A program made the position numbers and the translations under genes. From NCBI GenBank assembly GCA_031260385.1, contig JAIRKB010000190.1, positions 1-25,027 on the forward strand: a stretch of DNA of 25,027 bases, written 5' to 3'. The stretch is from Propionibacteriaceae bacterium. GTDB lineage: Bacteria > Actinomycetota > Actinomycetes > Propionibacteriales > Propionibacteriaceae. Shown here piece by piece: positions 17,547 through 25,027 of the stretch. Position 1 is the first letter of the stretch; each line of letters starts with the position of its first letter. Below the pieces are notes generated by a model. The model did no database searches, was not told where the DNA came from, and was given only the letters and a program-made list of their open reading frames with translations.

Positions 17547-20279
17547 ATGAGTCTACTGGACAGGATCTTGCACGCTGGTGAAGGTAAGTACATCAAGAGG
17601 TTGCAACGGATCGCGAACCAAGTGGCAAGTATCGAAGAAGACTTCATCGCCATGGACGATGAGGAATTACGGGGACAGACAGCCGACTTCAAGCAGCGCT
17701 ATGACAACGGGGAATCCCTAGACTCTCTGCTCCCAGAAGCCTTTGCCACCGTCAGGGAGACCTCCAAGCGGGTGCTCGATAAGCGCCACTTCGACGAGCA
17801 AGTCATGGGTGGTGCGGCTCTCCACCTCGGCACGATCGCCGAGATGAAAACCGGTGAAGGTAAGACGCTGGTGGCGGTGCTGCCGTCGTACCTCAACGCC
17901 ATCACCGGCAAGGGTGTTCACGTGGTGACGGTCAACGACTATCTGGCCAAGTTCCAGTCTGAACAGATGGGCCGGGTCCACCATTTCCTGGGGCTGGAAA
18001 CCGGGGTTATCCTCGCCCAGATGACGCCTTTTGAGCGGCGGGCCGCCTATGGCGCGGACATCACCTATGGCACAAACAACGAGTTCGGCTTCGACTTCTT
18101 GCGCGATAACATGGCGCTGCGCCTGCCCGACTGCGTCCAGCGCGGGCATAACTTTGCGATCGTTGACGAGGTTGACTCGATTCTGGTTGACGAGGCGCGG
18201 ACCCCGCTGATTATCTCTGGCCCGGCCGAGGATAATGCGACCTGGTATCCAGAGTTTGCCCGGATTGCGGGCGCCTTGAAGTGTAATAAACACTATGAGG
18301 TGGACGAGAAGAAGCGGACGGTGGCGGTGCTGGAGGCCGGGATTACGGCCGTTGAGCAGCGCTTGGGGATTGAGAACCTCTACGAGTCGGCTAATACCCC
18401 GCTGATCTCCTATCTCAACAACGCGATCAAGGCCAAGGAACTCTTCCGTCTCGACAAGGACTATGTGGTCACCGATGGTGAGGTTCTGATTGTCGACGAG
18501 TTCACGGGACGGACGCTAATCGGTCGGCGTTACTCCGAGGGTTTACACCAGGCGCTGGAGGCCAAAGAAGGGGTTGAGATCAAAGCGGAGTATCAAACCC
18601 TGGCGACCATCACCTTGCAGAACTATTTCCGGATGTACGAGAAGTTGGCCGGTATGACTGGTACGGCGAAGACTGAGGAATCGGAATTCCAGAAGATCTA
18701 CGGTCTCCGCGTCCTGCCGATCCGGACCCATATGCCAATGATCCGTGACGATAAGCGCGACTTCGTTTACCGGACCGAGTCGGCAAAGTTTGATGCGATT
18801 GTCGCTGATGTGATCGAGCGCAATGATGTCGGTCAGCCGGTTCTGATTGGTACGGCTTCGGTGGAGAAGTCCGAGGAACTGGCGCGGCGCCTGAAGCGCA
18901 ATGGCGTGCCTCACCAGGTTTTGAACGCCAAGCAGCATGCTCGGGAGGCGGCGATTGTCGCTCTGGCTGGGCGCAAGGGTGCCGTCACGGTCGCCACCAA
19001 CATGGCCGGGCGTGGCACAGACATCATCTTGGGTGGCAACCCAGAGTTCCTGGCGGACGCCTTGTTGCGCGAGCGCGGACTAGACCCCGTCGAGACCCCG
19101 GATGAATACGAGGCGGCGTGGCCGAAGGCGGTCGAGGATATCACCGAGCAGGTGGCAGCAGAACATGACGAGGTCGTCGCCGTCGGCGGACTCTATGTCA
19201 TCGGTTCGGAACGCCACGACGCTCGACGGATCGACAACCAGTTGCGTGGTCGTTCCGGGCGCCAGGGTGACCCTGGTGAGTCGCGGTTCTACCTGTCCCT
19301 ACAAGATGACCTGATGCGTTTGTTCAAGTCCGACATGGTGGACTGGCTGATGCGTACTCTAAAGGTGCCCGAGGATGTGCCGATCGAGGACAAGCGCATC
19401 ACCAAGATGATCAAGAATGCCCAAGAGCAGGTTGAGGCCCAGCACTTCGATTCCCGCAAGAACGTCCTGAAGTATGACGATGTCATGAACCGTCAGCGCT
19501 ATGTGGTCTACAAGGATCGCCGCCGGGTCCTAGAGGGGGCGGATGTTGAAGAACAGCTCCGGGATACCGTCACCAAGGTTGTCACCCAGTATGTTGAGGG
19601 GGCGACCGAAGGGTATGAGGATGAATGGGATCTAGATCAACTCTGGGCTCAGATGAAGTCGCTCTATCCGGTTGGGTTGAAGGTCGCCGACTTCGATAAC
19701 GATGATCTGTCCCAGACTCGTCTAGTGGAGGCCTTCGTCGAGGACGCTCAAGCCGCTTATGACAAGCGCGCTGAGGAGCTCGGCGAGGAACTGATGCGGG
19801 CGGCCGAGCGCCAGGTCTTGTTGACGGTTTTGGACCGCAAGTGGCGCGAACACCTCTACGAGATGGATTACCTTCGCGAGGGGATCGGGCTGCGCTCGAT
19901 GGCCCAGCGGGACCCGCTGATCGAATACCAGCGCGAGGGTGCGCAGATGTTCTTGGAGATGATGGATTCGGTGATGGAGGAGGTGGTCTCCTTCCTGTTT
20001 AGGATCCAGGTGCAGACCGCCTTGCCCGCCCCGGTTGCCGAGACCCCGGCCGAGAAGGCGCGACGGGATGTCCGCCGGGCGGCCCGCCAGGCGCTGGCAG
20101 CCGAGGAAGCCGCGGCGCGCTCGGAGATCCATTTCTCCGCTAATGGTCTGCTCGCGCCGGTCGCCCAGCGCAGTCAGGTCGTCAAGAAGGCTCCCCAGTC
20201 TGCCAAGTCCGCTCAGGTTGCCAACCTCCGCGAGTCGCGCCCCGGCGCTGCCGGACGCCGCAATAAGAAGAAGCGCTGA
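17547..20279 (+). CDS. secA: Preprotein translocase ATPase SecA
   Basis: [46 protein letters not shown] and [15 protein letters not shown]. The basic tail lacks a Zn-finger, as in several actinobacterial SecA1 proteins. ATG at 17547 has an SD-like AGGGA upstream. Confidence 0.98.
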   Translation: MSLLDRILHAGEGKYIKRLQRIANQVASIEEDFIAMDDEELRGQTADFKQRYDNGESLDSLLPEAFATVRETSKRVLDKRHFDEQVMGGAALHLGTIAEMKTGEGKTLVAVLPSYLNAITGKGVHVVTVNDYLAKFQSEQMGRVHHFLGLETGVILAQMTPFERRAAYGADITYGTNNEFGFDFLRDNMALRLPDCVQRGHNFAIVDEVDSILVDEARTPLIISGPAEDNATWYPEFARIAGALKCNKHYEVDEKKRTVAVLEAGITAVEQRLGIENLYESANTPLISYLNNAIKAKELFRLDKDYVVTDGEVLIVDEFTGRTLIGRRYSEGLHQALEAKEGVEIKAEYQTLATITLQNYFRMYEKLAGMTGTAKTEESEFQKIYGLRVLPIRTHMPMIRDDKRDFVYRTESAKFDAIVADVIERNDVGQPVLIGTASVEKSEELARRLKRNGVPHQVLNAKQHAREAAIVALAGRKGAVTVATNMAGRGTDIILGGNPEFLADALLRERGLDPVETPDEYEAAWPKAVEDITEQVAAEHDEVVAVGGLYVIGSERHDARRIDNQLRGRSGRQGDPGESRFYLSLQDDLMRLFKSDMVDWLMRTLKVPEDVPIEDKRITKMIKNAQEQVEAQHFDSRKNVLKYDDVMNRQRYVVYKDRRRVLEGADVEEQLRDTVTKVVTQYVEGATEGYEDEWDLDQLWAQMKSLYPVGLKVADFDNDDLSQTRLVEAFVEDAQAAYDKRAEELGEELMRAAERQVLLTVLDRKWREHLYEMDYLREGIGLRSMAQRDPLIEYQREGAQMFLEMMDSVMEEVVSFLFRIQVQTALPAPVAETPAEKARRDVRRAARQALAAEEAAARSEIHFSANGLLAPVAQRSQVVKKAPQSAKSAQVANLRESRPGAAGRRNKKKR

Positions 20280-20283
20280 GGAC

Positions 20284-20751
20284 TCAGGGCATTACCAAAT
20301 CACTACACCGCCAGCCCTGACCACTGCGAGTCACCCGACAGGCCGCCGCATGATCGCGTACGGAGGTTGACAGGTGTAAGGCAACCTCCGCCGAGTGCTC
20401 AGAGGTCGCCTGCACCCTCATTGAAGCCAAGCGCACCTTCATCCCCCTCAGTCGCTGGTGGCGTTCCCGGATCAGCTTTAGCGAAGCCGAGTCGAACCAC
20501 ATCTCCAACTGCCCGAGTGGACGCCGCCCGTCCAGCGACTCGGCAATGATATTGGCTAGCCGCTCCGCCGCCATCTCCAAAACCGGCCCCAACTCCACCG
20601 AACTGACTTTCACTTCCACCGGCAAACTCTCTGGTTCATCCCCCCTGGCCTGATCGTCGACAACCCCCGCTCGAGTAGGCGTCGTCCAAGTCCACCCCGG
20701 CGGCTGAACCACCTCCAGAAGATAACACCGAGCCCTCGTCAAATCACTCAT
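20284..20751 (-). CDS. Rv3235-family protein
   Basis: IAESLDGRRPLGQL...RLASMRVQ...SAEV...AAACRV...WRCSDL. Convergent with secA, its usual position. Start is uncertain (20751 chosen, track gives 20841). Confidence 0.8.
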   Translation of the reverse strand: MSDLTRARCYLLEVVQPPGWTWTTPTRAGVVDDQARGDEPESLPVEVKVSSVELGPVLEMAAERLANIIAESLDGRRPLGQLEMWFDSASLKLIRERHQRLRGMKVRLASMRVQATSEHSAEVALHLSTSVRDHAAACRVTRSGQGWRCSDLVMP

Positions 20752-20803
20752 AGACCCACTATCAACCCCTCCCACCCCCAAAACAAGCCCCCCCGCCCAA
20801 ATC

Positions 20804-20812
20804 TGTGGATAA
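20804..20812 (-). promoter_or_regulatory. Single consensus DnaA box TTATCCACA
   Basis: The + strand reads TGTGGATAA. It is intergenic, about 50 bp upstream of the Rv3235-family start. Confidence 0.35.
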
Positions 20813-20903
20813 CTTTCGTAAAATCCTTTCTTAAAGGCCATCTCTTTAGCTCAACCGTGATGGTCCCCCAAACGCAGATTCCTGGCATCGATCGGTACAA
20901 GAC

Positions 20904-21036
20904 AACTCCAGGATTTAGGCCCTTTTTCCGCCCACCTTCCGAACTCCTGGAGTGAGCGACCTGATTTCGGCTTTTTTGGTGAGTTAGCTCCAGGATTCTG
21001 GTCACCAGGCGGCAAACAGGCCGATTTACTGGAGTT
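20904..21036. repeat. 133-bp degenerate palindrome
   Basis: 20904-20932 matches the reverse complement of 21008-21036 at 22/29 ungapped. Inner TCCTGGAG (20945-20952) and CTCCAGGA (20988-20995) lie on the same axis. Confidence 0.7.
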
Positions 21037-21097
21037 AGCTCCTCAGGCTAGGCAAGGCGAGCGACAACGGGTAGAAGCGCCGAAAGGATGGGTTGAG

Positions 21098-21580
21098 CTA
21101 GGGGTGGCGGTTGGAGGAGAGCCAGTCGTTGCCGACTTTTTCGCAGGCTTCAATGATTTGGGTGAGGTATTTGGCGGTCATCTCTTCGAGGCGTTTGCCG
21201 ACCAAGGGGATTTTGACGGTGAAGTTGGTGTCGTAGACCATGTCGGTGCCGCCGTCGGTGGGGTTGAGGCGCAGGGGGCCGTCGGACTCGGCGGGCATAC
21301 CAGCCAGGGTGATCGTCATTCGGCCAACCCTCGTACCATCGGCGGACGGTTTCTGCCAGGTGACCAACTCGGTGACCGTGATCTGGGAGCCGATGATTCG
21401 GCGGGCGGAGTCCGGAGCAGCGAGCGTGAAATCGGCGGCTAGACCCTGCTCGATTGGTCGGACCGCGACCGTGAGGGCTTGGATCTCCTTGCCGACATGT
21501 TCCGCGAACGCCGGGTTGATCAGCATCGCCGCCACATCATCGCAGGTGGCAGCAAAGGTCATCGTCGAAGTGATATGCAT
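21098..21580 (-). CDS. DUF2505-family (SRPBCC-like) protein
   Basis: DVAAMLINPAF...ELVTW...G.LRL...GGT...TVKIPLVGKRLE...WL pattern. -10 TAGCAT at 21592-21587 lies 6 nt before the ATG and overlaps the parC stop. Confidence 0.85.
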   Translation of the reverse strand: MHITSTMTFAATCDDVAAMLINPAFAEHVGKEIQALTVAVRPIEQGLAADFTLAAPDSARRIIGSQITVTELVTWQKPSADGTRVGRMTITLAGMPAESDGPLRLNPTDGGTDMVYDTNFTVKIPLVGKRLEEMTAKYLTQIIEACEKVGNDWLSSNRHP

Positions 21581-21589
21581 GGCACTATG

Positions 21590-24049
21590 CTAACCCAACA
21601 CTGGGCGCGCGGCACGCGTTCCGATGGCGGCGATTGGTTGCCCAGCGGCCGTACCAGAGCCATCGCGACGGGAATCCGGGGTTGGCAACCCGATAGGGGA
21701 GCCGGAGGCAGCCGCCGCTACTGGGCAGGGGCCGACCCAAGCGAGGTGGAGGGTGTCTTCACCTTTGAGGAAGCGGTGGGAGCGAACGCCGCCGGTGGCG
21801 CGCCCCTTGGCGGGATAAAGCTCGTAGGCGGTGACCTTGACCGTGCCAACGTCGGTTCCTGGCAGCGATCGGGAGGAGCCCGCGACCGTCACGACCATGG
21901 CGTCTTCGGCATTGACCACGCCAAAGAAGACCACCTGGGCCCCGCCAGTTAGGCTGATCCCGGCCATACCGCCGCCAGACCGGCCTTGGGGACGGACCTT
22001 GGCGGCGCCAAAGCGCAGCAGCAAGGAGTCGGAAGCGACGAAGACCAGGTCAGCGGTGTCGTCGCGCAACTCCACGGCCCCGATCACCTCATCACCATCA
22101 TCGAGCCGAATAATCTCCCAGGAATCCTTGGTGATGATCTCGGGGTTAGTCCGCTTAACGACCCCCTGACGGGTGCCAAGGGCCCAACCGTAGGTCGCGT
22201 CATCCAGAGTCGTCAGCCCGAGGGCTTTCTCGCCCGTCTCCAGCCCGATCAGTTCGCGCAACGGCACCCCACCTTGTAGATTGACCGGCACCGAGGTATG
22301 GGGGAGGGCAGGGGCCTCAATCGCCCCCAGACGAATAATCCGCCCCATCGATGTCAGCACCCCAACCTCCGACCGGGTCCGGGTGGAAATCACCGAGATC
22401 AAGGCGTCATGGACTGCCCGAGGCCCAAGCTCAGGTGGAGCCTGATCGGTATCCATCCGCGCGATCAGCCCGGCGCTCGACAAGAAGACCCAACAGGGGC
22501 CATCAGGGACCTCTATCGGCCCCTTGGCGAGAGCAGCGGTCAGCGGGGAGACCCCAGAATCCGAGAGCAAGACCGTCCGGCGGGGAGTGCCAAACTCTTG
22601 AGCCACCCGAGTGAGATCGTCGGCGACCACCTGTGCCAAACGATTGGAATCCCGCAAGATCGCTTCCAGTTCCGCGATCCGCCGCGCCAGAGCGTCGCGC
22701 TCGGACTCCAGCTCGATACGCGAGAGCTTGGTCAGCCGCCGCAACTGCATATCCAAGATGTAGGTCGCCTGAATCTCCGTCAGCTCAAAGGCCTCAATCA
22801 AGCGCACCTTCGCTTGCGCCGCATCATCCGAAGACCGGACGATCGCGATCACATCATCAATATCAAGGATGGCGATCAATAACCCAGCAACCAGATGCTG
22901 ACGATCAAGGGCTTTCGCCAGTTGGAAGCTCGTCCGCCGCTCGGTCACCTCTAGACGGTGATCGAGGTAAACCTGAAGCAGGTCCTTCAGCCCGAGGGTC
23001 CGCGGCTGGCCGTCCACCAAGCTAACGGCGTTTATCGAGAACGAATCCTCCAACTTGGTGTGCTTAAACAGTTGCTCGGCCAACAACTCCGGATTGATCC
23101 CATTCTTAACCTCAATGACCAGGCGCGTGCCATTCTTCAAGTCAGTCAGGTCTTTCATATCGGCCACCCCGGTGATGGTCTTCTTCTCGACCAGGGCTTT
23201 GACCTGTTCCATGATCTTTTCCGGCCCAATGAGGTACGGCAGTTCGGTGACGACGATCCCCTTACGCCGCGGCGACACCTGCTCAATCCGCGTCGTCGCC
23301 CGAATCTTGAAAGCCCCCCGCCCAGTCGCATAAGCATCCCGAATACCATCCAAGCCGATAATCTTGCCCCCAGTGGGCAGATCCGGCCCCGGCACGAAGC
23401 GCATCAGCTCCTCCAGACTAGCCTCCGGATTCGCCAACAGATACTTCAAGGCACCGACCACCTCAATGAGATTGTGGGGCGCCATATTGGTCGCCATCCC
23501 CACCGCGATCCCCGCCGCCCCATTGACCAGCAGATTCGGAAAAGCCGCCGGCAACACCACCGGCTCCGATTCTTTCCCATCATAGTTCGGCCGAAAATCA
23601 ACGACATCTTCGTCAAGCCCCGCCGTCATCGCCAGCGCAGCCTGAGCCATCCGACACTCGGTATAACGCATCGCCGCTGGCCCCGCATCCAGCGACCCAA
23701 AGTTTCCATGCCCATCCACCAATGGCAGCCGCTGCGCCCAAGGCTGCCCAATCCGCACCAAAGCATCATAGATCGCCGTATCGCCATGCGGATGGAGCAC
23801 ACCCATAACCTGCCCGACGACCCGCGCACACTTAACATGAGCTTTATCCGGACGAATCCCCATGTCATCCATGGAAAATAGAATTCGCCGCTGAACCGGT
23901 TTCAACCCGTCCCGAGCATCCGGCAACGCCCGCGAGTAGATGACCGAGTAGGCATACTCCAGGAAAGAGGTCTCCATCTCCTGTTCGACATCAACGTCAA
24001 TGACCCGTTCGCCATAGCCGTTTTCGTCATCCAGTTCGACCTTAGCCAC
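21590..24049 (-). CDS. parC: DNA topoisomerase IV subunit A (GyrA/ParC family)
   Basis: SFLEYAYSVIYSRALPDARDGLKPV, HPHGD, catalytic AAMRYTE, NGAAGIAVGMAT and a beta-pinwheel CTD without a canonical QRRGGKG GyrA box. The GTG at 24049 has AAGGAG 5 nt upstream. Confidence 0.88.
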   Translation of the reverse strand: MAKVELDDENGYGERVIDVDVEQEMETSFLEYAYSVIYSRALPDARDGLKPVQRRILFSMDDMGIRPDKAHVKCARVVGQVMGVLHPHGDTAIYDALVRIGQPWAQRLPLVDGHGNFGSLDAGPAAMRYTECRMAQAALAMTAGLDEDVVDFRPNYDGKESEPVVLPAAFPNLLVNGAAGIAVGMATNMAPHNLIEVVGALKYLLANPEASLEELMRFVPGPDLPTGGKIIGLDGIRDAYATGRGAFKIRATTRIEQVSPRRKGIVVTELPYLIGPEKIMEQVKALVEKKTITGVADMKDLTDLKNGTRLVIEVKNGINPELLAEQLFKHTKLEDSFSINAVSLVDGQPRTLGLKDLLQVYLDHRLEVTERRTSFQLAKALDRQHLVAGLLIAILDIDDVIAIVRSSDDAAQAKVRLIEAFELTEIQATYILDMQLRRLTKLSRIELESERDALARRIAELEAILRDSNRLAQVVADDLTRVAQEFGTPRRTVLLSDSGVSPLTAALAKGPIEVPDGPCWVFLSSAGLIARMDTDQAPPELGPRAVHDALISVISTRTRSEVGVLTSMGRIIRLGAIEAPALPHTSVPVNLQGGVPLRELIGLETGEKALGLTTLDDATYGWALGTRQGVVKRTNPEIITKDSWEIIRLDDGDEVIGAVELRDDTADLVFVASDSLLLRFGAAKVRPQGRSGGGMAGISLTGGAQVVFFGVVNAEDAMVVTVAGSSRSLPGTDVGTVKVTAYELYPAKGRATGGVRSHRFLKGEDTLHLAWVGPCPVAAAASGSPIGLPTPDSRRDGSGTAAGQPIAAIGTRAARPVLG

Positions 24050-24146
24050 CCTCACTCCTTAACAGTCCGGGCACCCCGAATAGACGAGTTTTCACCCGAC
24101 CCCGCCATGCTACAGCCCCTAGTGCCGCCAAAGCGGAGGACACGCT

Positions 24147-24399
24147 AAGGGAGAGGCGCCGACGTTGCTGTGCAGAAGGCGTTTCGCGCCGCGATCCCTG
24201 CGGGATCATATCGCGGCGCTCGGACTCGCGCCGAAAACAGCACTGCGTGCTTAAATCGTTTCACGATTTTTTCGACCCAGCTTCTGTTCCTCGCGAGTTC
24301 CTCGCTCGTCAACCGCTTCCTTGGCCTCGGCAAAACGAGCAAGCTCGTTCTGCTCTCGGCCCGCGTCGCGGTGCCCAACAACGTTGGCGCCTCTCCCTT
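24147..24399. mobile_element. 253-bp MITE/REP-like element bounded by 28-bp inverted repeats
   Basis: AAGGGAGAGGCGCC[G/A]ACGTTG[C/T]TG[T/G]GCA, 25/28. Internal hairpins at 24186-24219, 24239-24251, 24253-24269 and 24334-24349. 24302-24372 is homologous to 16337-16407. No target duplication was found. Confidence 0.55.
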
Positions 24400-24413
24400 T
24401 CCCCACCAAATGA

Positions 24414-25027
24414 TCAAAAGGGGGTCTTTAGTAGTTCCTGGATCTTAGGCAATAAAGCGTGGCCGTCAGCTCCTCGTACCTCGTCAATCTCCGCAGGTCG
24501 CTCCCATGGGAAGACTGTTAGCTTGGAGGGGGTGCCGTGGGCGAGAACTTGCTCCATGGACGGCAACTCTCGAATCGCAATCCCGGCGACATTATCGGGA
24601 TGACGGCGGGCAAACTCGGCGTACAAAGCTGGATCGTGCTGACCATCGTCGCCAACGAGCAGCCACCGGATTTTGGGGAAGTCACGGGCCAGCGACGCCA
24701 AGCTGATCCGCTTGTGCTCGGGTCCAGACCGGAACCAGCCGGTATTGGTTGGTCCCCAGTTCGTTAACAGCATCGGGCCGGACGGATAGCCATGTCGGGC
24801 GATGAAACGCTCGAGGAAGGGCTGGGTGTCCCAGGAGCCGGTTGAGAGGTAGATCAGCGGGGCACCAGGATGTTGGCGCAAGATGGTTGTTAGTGCTCCA
24901 GCCATCCCAGTGACGGGCACCCTTGCTCCCTCAGTGAGGAAGAAGGCGTTGTAGGCGGCGATCATTGGGCGCGGTAAGAAGCAGGTGATGACGGTGTCAT
25001 CGATATCGGAGACGATGCCGAAACGAG
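24414..25027 (-). CDS. App1/DUF2183-family phosphatidate phosphatase-like protein (5' end beyond window)
   Basis: The frame is open past the track's ATG to the window edge and gives RFGIVSDIDDTV (HAD DxDxT). YLSTGSW, GPMLLTNWG and LLVGDDGQHDP follow. Confidence 0.9.
   Translation of the reverse strand, partial: RFGIVSDIDDTVITCFLPRPMIAAYNAFFLTEGARVPVTGMAGALTTILRQHPGAPLIYLSTGSWDTQPFLERFIARHGYPSGPMLLTNWGPTNTGWFRSGPEHKRISLASLARDFPKIRWLLVGDDGQHDPALYAEFARRHPDNVAGIAIRELPSMEQVLAHGTPSKLTVFPWERPAEIDEVRGADGHALLPKIQELLKTPF

Noticed and set aside
20130-20279. SecA lacking the C-terminal zinc-binding motif
   Set aside because: A basic tail without CxC-x8-CH is known for several actinobacterial SecA1 proteins, and the motor motifs are intact.
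23770-23800. Thr in the QRDR (HPHGDTAIYD) as a quinolone-resistance allele
   Set aside because: Thr at the Ser83-equivalent position occurs naturally in susceptible type II topoisomerases, so there is no basis for a resistance claim.
22958-23881. 307-aa + strand ORF opposite parC
   Set aside because: Codon-register shadow of a highly conserved gene, with no independent signals.
21590-24049. Calling the gene gyrA
   Set aside because: No GyrA box, no adjacent gyrB or origin context, and the EYAYSVIYSRALPD signature fits the actinobacterial topo IV A subunit.
24145-24448. ORFs of 90-92 aa in the parC upstream region
   Set aside because: They are translations of the hairpin-rich repeat element, with no RBS or protein motif.

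Overview
Chromosomal segment of a high-GC actinobacterium (gene content and style suggest a Propionibacteriales-like lineage; this is inference). The backbone is the conserved actinobacterial run small ORF-tlyA-nadK-recN-pyrG-NUDIX...xerD, followed by secA, an Rv3235-family gene, a DUF2505 gene, topoisomerase IV subunit A (parC-type) and a partial App1/DUF2183 phosphatase gene. At the left end, a BioQ-like TetR gene with its palindromic operator sits downstream of a degenerate ECF-sigma-like gene. The backbone is interrupted twice. An antisense pncA lies between tlyA and nadK. An ~8.6 kb block between NUDIX and xerD carries a 2274-aa Ig/Fn3 surface protein (with an exact WSxWS motif and Cys-paired C-terminal repeats, but without the usual moxR/DUF58/transglutaminase partners), a 162-bp foldback MITE-like element with TGT...ACA ends and a 4-bp duplication, an lsr2 homolog, and a membrane-protein gene whose 3' end matches a dispersed repeat found again upstream of parC. 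Three unrelated 130-250 bp inverted-repeat elements occur in intergenic DNA with no transposase in the window. There are no rRNA, tRNA or CRISPR arrays.
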